DNA of 64,000 bases from Corynebacterium urealyticum. GTDB lineage: Bacteria > Actinomycetota > Actinomycetes > Mycobacteriales > Mycobacteriaceae. A program made the position numbers and the translations under genes. Below are positions 51,208 to 59,988 of the stretch, piece after piece. Within the stretch, counting starts at the first letter, position 1, and every line of letters begins with the position of its first letter. The DNA is taken from positions 12,747 through 76,746 of the forward strand of contig DYZK01000025.1 of the NCBI GenBank assembly GCA_020741275.1, read 5' to 3'. The notes under the pieces were generated by a model. It saw nothing but the letters and a program-made list of their open reading frames with translations. It was not told where the DNA came from and ran no database searches.

Positions 51208-53481
51208 TTAGTCCTCGTCGACCGGAACCAGGGAGACCTTGCCCCGGTTGTCCATGTCGGCGATCTCGACCTGGATCTTGTCGCCGACGTTGAGCTCGTC
51301 CTCAACCTTCTCGATCCGGCGGTCGCCGCCGATATTCGAGATGTGCAGCAGACCGTCGCGCCCCGGCAGCAGGGAGATGAAGGCACCAAAGGCGGTGGTC
51401 TTCACAACCGTTCCGAGGAAGCGGTCCCCGACCTTCGGCTGCTGCGGGTTGGCGATCGCGTTGATCTTCTCGATCGCGGCCTCAGCGGCCTCTCCACCCA
51501 CGGCGGAGACGAAGACGGTGCCGTCATCCTCGATGGAGATGTTGGCTCCGGTCTCCTCTGTGATCTGGTTGATCGTCTTGCCCTTCGGCCCGATGACCTC
51601 ACCGATCTTGTTCTGCGGGATGGAGATCTTCGTGATGCGTGGCGCCAGCTCGCTCATCTGGTCTGGCGCGTCGATGGCATCCTCCATCAGCTGCAGGATC
51701 TCCAGGCGGGCGCTACGCGCCTGACCGAGCGCGGAAGCCAGCACCTCGGATGGCAGGCCATCCAGCTTGGTGTCCAGCTGCAGGGCGGTGACGTACTCGG
51801 AGGTACCGGCGACCTTGAAGTCCATGTCGCCAAATGCATCCTCCGCACCGAGGATGTCGGTAAGGCTGACGAACTTCTCCTTCCCATCGACGAGACCGGA
51901 CACCAGGCCCATCGCGATACCCGCCACCGGCGCCTTCAGTGGCACGCCGGCGTTGTACAGCGAGAGCGTGGAGGCGCACACGGAACCCATGGAGGTCGAA
52001 CCATTGGAACCGAGAGCCTCAGAGACCTGGCGGATGGTGTACGGGAACTCCTCGCGGGACGGCAGCACCGGGGCCAGGGCGCGCTCAGCCAGAGCACCGT
52101 GGCCGATTTCACGGCGCTTCGGGCTACCGACACGGCCAGTCTCGCCGGTGGAGTACGGCGGGAAATTGTAGTGGTGGATGTAGCGCTTGGAGGTATCCGG
52201 ACCCAGGGAATCGATGGTCTGCTCCATCTTCAGGGTGTCCAAGGTGGTCACGCCGAGAATCTGGGTCTCGCCACGCTCGAACAGCGCGGAGCCGTGGGCA
52301 CGCGGCAGCAGCTGCACCACGATGCCCAAGTCGCGAATCGAGGTGTGGTCGCGGCCGTCGATGCGGAAGCCGTCCTCCAGGATGCGCTGGCGCACGATAG
52401 TGCGGGTCAGGTCGTTGTGAGCCGCACGGATCTCGGACTCTCGCTCGGGGAATTGGTCGATCAGAGCATCAACGGTCTCCTGCATGTTCTCCGCAAGCGA
52501 CTCGTCGCGCTCCTGCTTATCGGCGATCGTCATGATCTGCGCGACATCCGCATCGCACTCGGCTTCGACGGCGGAGTAAACATCCTCATCGAACGGTGGG
52601 AAGAGCTCGAACTCGCGAGACTCGGTGTCCACAGCGTCGCGCAGCGCGTCCTGAGCAGCGCACAGGGTGGCGATGAAAGGCTTAGCCGCCTCGATACCCT
52701 CGGCGACCACGGCCTCGGTCGGTGCCGGCGCGCCCTCCGCGACGCGCTCGACGACATTGTCGGTGGCCCCTGCCTCGACCATCATGACAGCGACATTCGG
52801 CTGGGACTTCTTGCCCCGGCCACCCTTTGCCGACTCGGTTACGCGGCCAGCAACGACCAGCTCGAAGACGGACTGGGAAACCTGCTCACGCGTCGGGAAG
52901 GCCACCCACTGGCCCTCCGGGTGCTCCTCATCCACGACCAATGCCATGCGCACGCCACCGACCGAGCTGGACACCGGCAGGCCGGAGAGCTGGGTGGATG
53001 CGGACGCGCCGTTGATGGCGAGGACGTCGTACATCTCGTTCGGGTCAATGGACATCACGGTGATGACGACCTGCACCTCGTTGCGCAGGCCCTTGACGAA
53101 GGTCGGACGCAGCGGGCGGTCGATGAGGCGGGCGGCGAGGATAGCGTCTGTACCCGGGCGACCCTCGCGACGGAAGAAGCTGCCCGGGATGCGGCCGGCG
53201 GAGTACATGCGCTCCTCGACGTCAACGGTCAGTGGGAAGAAGTCGATACCCTCGCGGGGGGAACGGGAGGCCGTCGTCGTGGACAACAGCATCGTGTCCT
53301 CGTCCAGGTACGCGGTGACGGCCCCGTCCGCCTGTCGTGCCAGCAGGCCGGTCTCGAAGCGGAGAGTGCGGGAACCAAAGTCCCCGTTGTCGATGGTTGC
53401 GGTTGCTTCCCAGATCCCTGCATCCGGGTCAACCATCTCAACGGAGACGTTCTTAGGAAGATTGTTTTTCTTGGAGCTCAT
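51208..53481 (-). CDS. pnp: polyribonucleotide nucleotidyltransferase (PNPase / GpsI)
   Basis: Two RNase PH domains, KH ([15 protein letters not shown]) and S1 ([26 protein letters not shown]). The start is chosen at ATG 53481. Confidence 0.97.
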   Translation of the reverse strand: MSSKKNNLPKNVSVEMVDPDAGIWEATATIDNGDFGSRTLRFETGLLARQADGAVTAYLDEDTMLLSTTTASRSPREGIDFFPLTVDVEERMYSAGRIPGSFFRREGRPGTDAILAARLIDRPLRPTFVKGLRNEVQVVITVMSIDPNEMYDVLAINGASASTQLSGLPVSSSVGGVRMALVVDEEHPEGQWVAFPTREQVSQSVFELVVAGRVTESAKGGRGKKSQPNVAVMMVEAGATDNVVERVAEGAPAPTEAVVAEGIEAAKPFIATLCAAQDALRDAVDTESREFELFPPFDEDVYSAVEAECDADVAQIMTIADKQERDESLAENMQETVDALIDQFPERESEIRAAHNDLTRTIVRQRILEDGFRIDGRDHTSIRDLGIVVQLLPRAHGSALFERGETQILGVTTLDTLKMEQTIDSLGPDTSKRYIHHYNFPPYSTGETGRVGSPKRREIGHGALAERALAPVLPSREEFPYTIRQVSEALGSNGSTSMGSVCASTLSLYNAGVPLKAPVAGIAMGLVSGLVDGKEKFVSLTDILGAEDAFGDMDFKVAGTSEYVTALQLDTKLDGLPSEVLASALGQARSARLEILQLMEDAIDAPDQMSELAPRITKISIPQNKIGEVIGPKGKTINQITEETGANISIEDDGTVFVSAVGGEAAEAAIEKINAIANPQQPKVGDRFLGTVVKTTAFGAFISLLPGRDGLLHISNIGGDRRIEKVEDELNVGDKIQVEIADMDNRGKVSLVPVDED

Positions 53482-53601
53482 AGCGTGTGTGCCACGGCCT
53501 TTCATCAGAAAAGCGCCCGTCGCAGTCTTCAGATCATCGGTGCCGAAGGGGCGCTTAGACGTCGGTCAATGTTTCACCGACGAGCCTAGCACGCGCGCAG
53601 C
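53482..53601 (-). promoter_or_regulatory. structured pnp 5-prime leader (possible Actino-pnp-type autoregulatory element)
   Basis: On the minus strand there is a 7-bp hairpin cgucggu...accgacg (53560-53582). A long-range helix aagcgccc/gggcgcuu (53549-53556 with 53511-53518) lies between the rpsO terminator and the pnp start. Confidence 0.4.
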
Positions 53602-53636
53602 AAAAACCCCGCCCGCGTGTGACACGCAGACGGGGT
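53602..53636 (-). terminator. rpsO terminator / rpsO-pnp attenuator hairpin
   Basis: A 12-bp stem that is fully paired only in the minus-strand RNA (two G-U pairs). It is followed by UUUUU. Confidence 0.75.
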
Positions 53637-53690
53637 TGGAAAGCTACTGAGAGCCCCGGAGGCAAAAACTAACTCCGGACGCGATCCCTC

Positions 53691-53960
53691 TTAGCGACGC
53701 AGGCCCAGACGCTCGATCAGGGAGCGGTAGCGCTCGATATCGGTGGAAGCCAGGTACTTCAGCAGCCCCTTGCGGCGACCGACCAGTAGCAGCAGACCAC
53801 GGCGGGAGTGGTGATCGTGCTTGTGATCCTTCAGGTGCTCGGTGAGCTGGTTGATGCGGGCGCTCAGCAGAGCGACCTGCGCCTCCGGGGAACCGGTATC
53901 GGTCTCGTGCAGGCCGAACTCCTTGAGAGTTGCTGCCTTCTCGTCCTTGGACAGTGCCAT
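53691..53960 (-). CDS. rpsO: 30S ribosomal protein S15
   Basis: [57 protein letters not shown], 89 aa. Confidence 0.98.
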   Translation of the reverse strand: MALSKDEKAATLKEFGLHETDTGSPEAQVALLSARINQLTEHLKDHKHDHHSRRGLLLLVGRRKGLLKYLASTDIERYRSLIERLGLRR

Positions 53961-54055
53961 GGATAACTCCTTGTTATTTCAGTCCGCGCTAAAGATTCTT
54001 AAAGACTGCCCGGGGCAATCCGCGCGACTACCGCGAACCGCAGTCGCTGACCGAG

Positions 54056-55045
54056 TTACCCTAGCACAGCCTTGCGGGTGGCTGCCACATCGCGGTCGAT
54101 GGCTGCGATGAGCTCGTCGAGGGAGTCGTACTTCTCCTGGCCACGGATTCGGGAGACGAAGCTGACGCGGACCTCGAAATCATAAAGGTCGGCCTCGTGG
54201 TCGAGAACGAAGGACTCGACGCTGCGCGGCTCGTGGCCGAAGGTCGGGTTCGTCCCCACGGAGATCGCCGCAGGAAGCTTGGCCCCCACCGGCATGGTGC
54301 CAACCTGGTCGCTCAGCCCCTGGTGGGACAGCTCCGCCTGGTTCGGCAGGATCTCCAGGTAACCGGCGTATACCCCATCGGAAGGCAGCGCGTAGATATC
54401 CGGGAAGTACAGGTTCGCGGTCGGGAAGCCCAGCGCCCGACCACCCCGGCCTGCGCCGTGGGTCACCACGCCTTCCACGCTGAACGGACGGCCCAACGCC
54501 TCCGCCGCGTCCGTCATATCCCCCTCGGCGATGCGCTGCCGGATCCAGGTGGAACAGACCGTGTGGTCGTCTTCAGAAAGCAGCGGAACCACATCCACCG
54601 TGAAGTCCCGGTTCTGGGAGACCTCCCGGAGCGTGTCGGGGGTACCGGAGGCCTTGTGACCGAAGGTGAAGTTCTCCCCCACTACGACGTGCTTGGCCCG
54701 CAACGTATCGAGCAGCGCCCGGTCAATGTATTCCTCTGGGGACCAGGAGGCGATCTCCGGGGTGAAGGCCTGGACGACGACGTGGTCGATCCCGAGATCC
54801 ATCGCCAGCTGCGCGCGCTCCTCCACCGTGCCCAGCAGCTTCGGGACGGATTCCGGCTGGAAGACCACGGTCGGGTGCGGATCGAAGGTAAACATCACCG
54901 CGGGGACGTCGAGCTCCTTGGCCTTAGCCACGGCTCGGTTAATCAGCTCTTGGTGTCCGCGATGTACGCCGTCGAACACGCCGATTGTCACGGCTGCACC
55001 GTCGAGGTTGTGGGGAACACGATCAAGCCCGTACCAGATACTCAC
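54056..55045 (-). CDS. ribF: bifunctional riboflavin kinase / FMN adenylyltransferase
   Basis: (V)SIWYGLDRVP...VTIGVFDGVHRGHQELI ... GRALGFPTANL ... the C-terminal kinase domain. The start is GTG 55045, by analogy with actinobacterial RibF N-termini. The frame stays open to 56074 antisense to truB, which I treat as an artefact. Confidence 0.9.
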   Translation of the reverse strand: MSIWYGLDRVPHNLDGAAVTIGVFDGVHRGHQELINRAVAKAKELDVPAVMFTFDPHPTVVFQPESVPKLLGTVEERAQLAMDLGIDHVVVQAFTPEIASWSPEEYIDRALLDTLRAKHVVVGENFTFGHKASGTPDTLREVSQNRDFTVDVVPLLSEDDHTVCSTWIRQRIAEGDMTDAAEALGRPFSVEGVVTHGAGRGGRALGFPTANLYFPDIYALPSDGVYAGYLEILPNQAELSHQGLSDQVGTMPVGAKLPAAISVGTNPTFGHEPRSVESFVLDHEADLYDFEVRVSFVSRIRGQEKYDSLDELIAAIDRDVAATRKAVLG

Positions 55046-55052
55046 GTTGGGG

Positions 55053-55069
55053 ATCTTAACCCATAGACT
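55053..55069. promoter_or_regulatory. back-to-back TAnnnT -10 hexamers in the 30-bp ribF/truB divergent spacer (candidate leaderless promoters)
   Basis: TAGACT (55064-55069) lies 6 nt before the truB ATG. TAAGAT on the minus strand (55058-55053) lies 7 nt before the ribF GTG. Confidence 0.4.
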
Positions 55070-55075
55070 GGCGCC

Positions 55076-56086
55076 ATGGCTCATAAGCACTCCCCTTCCG
55101 AAAACACCCAGCGCTCTGGCGACGAAGTGGCCCCTGCCACCAATCGGCCGACGCAGTCGCCTAGCCTGCTTGACCGTTCCGGCCTGATCATCCTCGACAA
55201 GCCCGCTGGGGCGAGCAGCCACGATATGGTCGCGAAAGTTCGCCGGATCATGGGCACCAAGAAGGTTGGCCACTCCGGAACTCTGGACCCCATGGCCACT
55301 GGGGTGCTGGTGCTTGGCATCGAACGGGGGACGAAATTCCTTGCCCACGTCGTCACGCACGATAAGCGTTATGAGGCAACGATGGCCTTCGGTGCTAGCA
55401 CCGTCACCGACGACGTCGAGGGTGAGGTGCTGCAGACCGCGGACCCAACAGAGATCGACTCGTTCACCGTCGAGACAATGACCGCACGGCTCAGCGAGAT
55501 CTTCGCGGACTTCCAAGGGGAGATCATGCAGCGACCGACCTCCGTGTCCTCCATCAAGATCAACGGACGCCGAGCCCACGAGCTCGTCCGAGAGGGCCAG
55601 GAAGTCGACATTCCACCGCGCCCGATCACGATCCACTCGTTGAGCTTTTCCGATGTCCGTCGCGAAGAGACCACCGAGGGACCGCGCTGGCTGGTCGATG
55701 TGAGCGTCCACTGCAGCTCCGGGACGTATATCCGCGCCATCGCTCGCGACGTCGGCGAGGCCCTGGGGTTGGGTGGCTACCTCACCGCGCTGCGACGCAC
55801 CAGCGTGGGCCCCTTCGATATCGCTGAGGCCGTCACCCTCGACGAGCTTGCCGAAACACCGACGCTGGGCTTGAGCCTCGATGCCGCGATGCAGGTCTGC
55901 TTCCCCACCCGGTCGATCACCGAAGGACAGGCGGCGGATCTGGCCCTGGGTAAGTGGCTGGATCCAATCGGGCTCAAGGGGGTGCACGCGGCTGTGGATC
56001 CGCAGGGCCACGCGATCGCGCTGATTAAGGAGAAGGAGCGGCGTGCGGCCAGCGAGTTCGTCGCCCGCCCCCACGGCTTGGTTTAG
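55076..56086 (+). CDS. truB: tRNA pseudouridine(55) synthase TruB
   Basis: LIILDKPAGASSHDMVAKVRRIMGTKKVGHSGTLDPMATGVLVLGIERGTKF plus a PUA-like C-terminus. It is on the opposite strand from all neighbouring translation genes. Confidence 0.93.
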   Translation: MAHKHSPSENTQRSGDEVAPATNRPTQSPSLLDRSGLIILDKPAGASSHDMVAKVRRIMGTKKVGHSGTLDPMATGVLVLGIERGTKFLAHVVTHDKRYEATMAFGASTVTDDVEGEVLQTADPTEIDSFTVETMTARLSEIFADFQGEIMQRPTSVSSIKINGRRAHELVREGQEVDIPPRPITIHSLSFSDVRREETTEGPRWLVDVSVHCSSGTYIRAIARDVGEALGLGGYLTALRRTSVGPFDIAEAVTLDELAETPTLGLSLDAAMQVCFPTRSITEGQAADLALGKWLDPIGLKGVHAAVDPQGHAIALIKEKERRAASEFVARPHGLV

Positions 56087-56829
56087 GCGCGCACGCCCGC
56101 CATCGTGAGCGCGTAGCCCTCGGCTGCTGACCAGAGGCCCTCGATGGTGGGAACCGGCGCATTGCCGACGAGCAGCCGGGCCTTAAAGCTGCCGTCCTCG
56201 CGAAGTTCGATGCGCGCCTGGTCGAAGTCGAGGAACTGTTGGGTCAGCGGATACCAAGCCTTGTATACGGCTTCCTTCGCGGAGAAGAGCACCACCCCCA
56301 GCGCCCCCTGACCATCATGGCCGCGGCCCAGGCGACGGGACAGGCGGCGCAGACCCGCGCGCTCCTCTGGGCTCGCGATCGTTGCGAATACACCCTCCGG
56401 GAGCGCGGTGAGCGGCTCGGCGTCAATTCCTAGGGAACTCCATCGGCTGGCGCGCCCCACCACGGCAGCCCGGTAGCCGGTGGTGTGCGTCATCGAGCCG
56501 ACAACCGAGGCGGGAAACTCCGGCATCCCCCGGTGGCCACGCAGAATCGGTTGGTCCGGGATGAACTGCTCCATCGCACGGTGAGCACACCACCGGGAGT
56601 CCCCGAATTCTGCCTTGCGACGGTCCACCGCGGTGGCGACGAGCTCCTGTTCCACCATGGGAAGACCGTGGTAATTGCGCAGGTTTTCGGCCGATGAGTG
56701 ATACTCGACGCAACGCACCCCGCTCAACAGGCGCCCGGGCTGGAGCAGGGAGGGCACCCGCTGGAACTGGTGGTCGTAGGCCTGAATCGGCTCAGTCTGT
56801 TGCGCAGGAATCAAAACATCGTTCCACAT
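56083..56829 (-). CDS. pptT: Sfp/EntD-type 4'-phosphopantetheinyl transferase
   Basis: VGSMTHTTGYRAAVV, GIDAEP and FSAKEAVYKAW motifs. The position next to truB matches the mycobacterial pptT. Confidence 0.85.
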   Translation of the reverse strand: MWNDVLIPAQQTEPIQAYDHQFQRVPSLLQPGRLLSGVRCVEYHSSAENLRNYHGLPMVEQELVATAVDRRKAEFGDSRWCAHRAMEQFIPDQPILRGHRGMPEFPASVVGSMTHTTGYRAAVVGRASRWSSLGIDAEPLTALPEGVFATIASPEERAGLRRLSRRLGRGHDGQGALGVVLFSAKEAVYKAWYPLTQQFLDFDQARIELREDGSFKARLLVGNAPVPTIEGLWSAAEGYALTMAGVRA

Positions 56830-56832
56830 TGC

Positions 56833-57876
56833 CTACTTCCCTCCTCGCCTTTCCTCGAAACCAGCTTGTCGACCAGATGTACGCGCGGCGCGCATAACCG
56901 GATAGGGCCACAGGGCAAGCTTTCGCCGCGGGGGCAAGCTGCGCTTACGTTCCCTCGGGTAACCCAGGGAAACTTCCACATGCGGCACACCATCAACTTC
57001 AACACCTAAAGGTATGTGAAGATGCCCGTGAATGACAGCTGCCGCACGATAACGCTTAGCCCACTGCTGGGTGTGCCGAGTGCCGGAGAACAGCCCGATC
57101 TCGGGATATCGCACGCGCCGCAAGGATTCCTGCGCCAAGGGCCAGTGGTTAACGAGCACGGTAGGACCCGTGACTTGCCCCAGACGGCGTACCGAATAGG
57201 CCAGGCGCTCCCGGCACCACAGCGGGATATCCACAAAGGGCCGGATCATATAGTAATCGCTCAAGACCAGCCCTAGCGCGTGCGCCTCGGCGATCGCTTC
57301 CTCCGGAGTGGTGGTCAGATCTCGCCAGGAGTGATCGTAGAGGGTGAATAGAGGGACGATAGTGTGCCCAGCGAACTGCTGGTACGGGTCCTCCGGGGTG
57401 TAGATGCCAATGCGCCGGCACCGACGGATCAGTTCCTCGTATTTCGCCTTAGCAACCGGGCCGTGCCCCGCACGCGCGTAGAGCTCGTGGTTCCCGGGCG
57501 CGTAGATCACTTTCGCGAAGCGTCGGCGAAGCTCGTCCAGCACGCCGATTACGACGTCCAGGTCTTCGGCGACGTCGCCTGCCACGATCAGCCAGTCCTC
57601 AGGGTTACGGGGCCGCACCAGGTCGACGACGACATCGCGGTTGCCGCGCGCAGCCACGTGCAGGTCGCTAACGGCCCACAGGGTCACCGCGTCCTGATCC
57701 TCTTCCTCCCCTGCACCGCCGGCGACGGAGGCTGTGTAGGCAAACTGCGCTGCAAGCGAATCATCGGCGCCCTGCATGCCTACCACCTCGTCCTCCGTCG
57801 TTATTCTGCTCGCGCTACTGTCGGGTTCCAGCCAATCAGTAATCCTATTGCCAAGGAAAGTTCCCAGAAATTTCAA
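56833..57876 (-). CDS. metallophosphoesterase
   Basis: Calcineurin-like motifs VSDLHV, AGDVAED, GNHE and GHLH. It lies immediately upstream of pptT (Rv2795c-like). Confidence 0.8.
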   Translation of the reverse strand: MKFLGTFLGNRITDWLEPDSSASRITTEDEVVGMQGADDSLAAQFAYTASVAGGAGEEEDQDAVTLWAVSDLHVAARGNRDVVVDLVRPRNPEDWLIVAGDVAEDLDVVIGVLDELRRRFAKVIYAPGNHELYARAGHGPVAKAKYEELIRRCRRIGIYTPEDPYQQFAGHTIVPLFTLYDHSWRDLTTTPEEAIAEAHALGLVLSDYYMIRPFVDIPLWCRERLAYSVRRLGQVTGPTVLVNHWPLAQESLRRVRYPEIGLFSGTRHTQQWAKRYRAAAVIHGHLHIPLGVEVDGVPHVEVSLGYPRERKRSLPPRRKLALWPYPVMRAARTSGRQAGFEERRGGK

Positions 57877-57941
57877 CCCTACGTTGTCTCACCGTAGGTT
57901 GGGAAAGCGCCCGGTCAGTCGCAAGGCTCCCTCCCCCGCCT

Positions 57942-59318
57942 CTAGGCCCCCGTGAGGCTCTGGGAGTGTCGCTCTTCCCCTTCCCGCTCATCAGCGCTAC
58001 TGGTCCAGGCGTCACCGCGGTAGCGCCACAGCACCGCACCAAACCGGATCAGCATGAAGGCTGCCAACCCGGCCCATACCCCAATCAGACCAACGTCGAA
58101 GGCAAGGCTCAGCCAGACCAGTGGAATGAATCCGATGACCGCCGCCGCGATGCTGGCATTGCGCAGGAATGCCACATCCGCGGCTCCCAGCAGCACCCCA
58201 TCCAGGGCGAACACGGCACCGCCGACCACGATGATGGACACAAAGACCCACCACGGTCCACCAATCTGGTCGAGCACGGGGGCGTCGGCCGTAAAGAGCT
58301 GGGGCACCGCCCGCGCCCCCAGCCCAAAAATCACCGCCAGCAGCACCGAGGCCCCCAGCGAAAACTTCAACACCTGGCGCGCCACAGAGCGGGCCGCGCG
58401 CGCCGAGCCGGCGCCCAAGGCTGCTCCAACCAACGCTTGGGCAGCGATCGCAACGCTATCGAGCAGCAGAGACACGAGGTTCCACAGCTGCAACAGGATC
58501 TGGTGAGCCGCCAGCGCCGGGGCTCCGATTCGCCCGGCCACAGCCGCTGCGGAAAGGAATGCCGCCTGAAAAGACAGAGACCGGGCGATGAGATCCCGCC
58601 CCATCACCAGCTGTGTCCGGATCACCCTCCTATTGGGCCGCATCGAGCGGTGATCCCCGAACTTGCGCCAATGAAACACCAACGCCCCCAGGAAACAAGC
58701 GGCAATGATGAGCTCGCCGGCGACGTTCGCTATCGCGGAGCCCACGAGCCCCCAGCGCCGTACGGCCAGCGGGACAGTCACAGCCATGGGGATGACCCCG
58801 GCCAGCGTGAAGTAAAGCGGGAGCCGGGTGTTGGAAAGGCCCCGCAGCCAGCCGTTACCCGCCATGATGAACAACGCGGGAATCACCGACAGGCTGGTGA
58901 CTTTAAGCCAGCTGGTGGCCTCGGCAGCCACCTCGGCATCCCCAGATAAGGCCAGGGATATGGCCGGGGAGAAAAAGAACAGGCCCACCGCGAGCACCGC
59001 CCCCACGCCAAGTGCGATCCAGGATGCCTGAATGCCCTCATAGACCGCATCAGTGGTACGCCCTGCCCCATAGTAGCGCGCGGCGCGGGCAGTGGTGCCG
59101 TAGGAAAGAAAGGTCAGCTGCGTGGTGACGGTGCTCAGCACTACCGCACCCGTCGCGAGTCCAGCCAGGGAGGTCGCCCCCAGGCGCCCGACCACAGCGG
59201 TGTCCAGCAGGAGGTACAGCGGAGTGGCTGCCAGCACAATGAGCGCCGGCCAGGCCAACGCGAGGATCTTTCGGTGACCGACGTCCTCAAACTCCCGCAG
59301 CGTTGTGGGCTCCTGCAC
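57942..59318 (-). CDS. dinF: MATE-family efflux transporter (DinF-like)
   Basis: 458 aa with 12 TM helices and the MATE N-terminal pattern ILALAWPALIVLAATPLYLLLDTAVVGRLG. Confidence 0.8.
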   Translation of the reverse strand: MQEPTTLREFEDVGHRKILALAWPALIVLAATPLYLLLDTAVVGRLGATSLAGLATGAVVLSTVTTQLTFLSYGTTARAARYYGAGRTTDAVYEGIQASWIALGVGAVLAVGLFFFSPAISLALSGDAEVAAEATSWLKVTSLSVIPALFIMAGNGWLRGLSNTRLPLYFTLAGVIPMAVTVPLAVRRWGLVGSAIANVAGELIIAACFLGALVFHWRKFGDHRSMRPNRRVIRTQLVMGRDLIARSLSFQAAFLSAAAVAGRIGAPALAAHQILLQLWNLVSLLLDSVAIAAQALVGAALGAGSARAARSVARQVLKFSLGASVLLAVIFGLGARAVPQLFTADAPVLDQIGGPWWVFVSIIVVGGAVFALDGVLLGAADVAFLRNASIAAAVIGFIPLVWLSLAFDVGLIGVWAGLAAFMLIRFGAVLWRYRGDAWTSSADEREGEERHSQSLTGA

Positions 59319-59408
59319 CTTGGCTTTCCTTCAGCTCCTCTTCTCGGCAAAATTTTCCGTGCGCACACCCGGCACCCGATCAGGGCACCGAGCGCCACGC
59401 AGGAGGCG

Positions 59409-59840
59409 CTAGTCGCGCTCCTTGTAAGGGTTGGCCTCACCCGCAGGCTTGGCCTGAGCAGCCTGGGCCCGGACGGCCTCGTCCTTCTCACGCGCCTCGG
59501 CGAGCAGCTTCTCCATGTGAGCGGATGCCTCTGGGACGGTATCGTGCACGAAGCTCAGGGTCGGCGTGAAGCGGACGCTGAGCTGATCGCCCACGATCTT
59601 TCGGAGCTGGCCCTTCGCACTCTCCAGCGCGGCGGCAGCCAGCGGAACATCCGGCTCGTCGTCGATGGATGCGCCACGCACGGTGTAGAACACACTGGCG
59701 TCGTGCAGGTCGCCGGTCATCCGGGTGTCCGTGATGGTCACGTACTCCAGGCGTGGGTCCTTGATCTCCCGCTCGATAGCGACGGCGACGATCTGCTGGA
59801 TGCGCTTGGCCATGCGCGCAGCGCGAGCACTATCAGCCAT
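59409..59840 (-). CDS. rbfA: ribosome-binding factor A
   Basis: [57 protein letters not shown] 59840 lies behind a gaaaaggag SD, and the ORF is open to 59957. Confidence 0.93.
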   Translation of the reverse strand: MADSARAARMAKRIQQIVAVAIEREIKDPRLEYVTITDTRMTGDLHDASVFYTVRGASIDDEPDVPLAAAALESAKGQLRKIVGDQLSVRFTPTLSFVHDTVPEASAHMEKLLAEAREKDEAVRAQAAQAKPAGEANPYKERD

Positions 59841-59893
59841 GATGTGGCACTCCTTTTCGGGCGGGGCCTTCACGGTCCCACCGGTTAGTGATG

Positions 59894-59950
59894 TAAAAAC
59901 GGCAAAAGCCGGGCGCTGCCCCGCCGCCCCGCTCCCGGGATTGCGGCGGG
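59894..59950 (-). terminator. possible attenuator/terminator between infB and rbfA
   Basis: An 8-bp GC stem (cccgccgc / gcggcggg, 59920-59950). On the minus strand it is followed after 10 nt by cuuuugccguuuuua. Confidence 0.35.
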
Positions 59951-59988
59951 CTAGCAATCGCCCAGCTTAGCTAACTGGTGCTGAACAG

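Noticed and set aside
54056-56074. A 672-aa ORF on the minus strand would make RibF a giant fusion protein extending through the whole truB region.
   Set aside because: Only the C-terminal about 330 aa match RibF. The upstream 340 codons are low-complexity Arg/Gly/Ala-rich sequence with no motif. They are exactly antisense to a frame with unmistakable TruB motifs. RibF homologues begin at the xxWxGxxxxP segment, which here is GTG 55045. This is a GC-driven open shadow frame.
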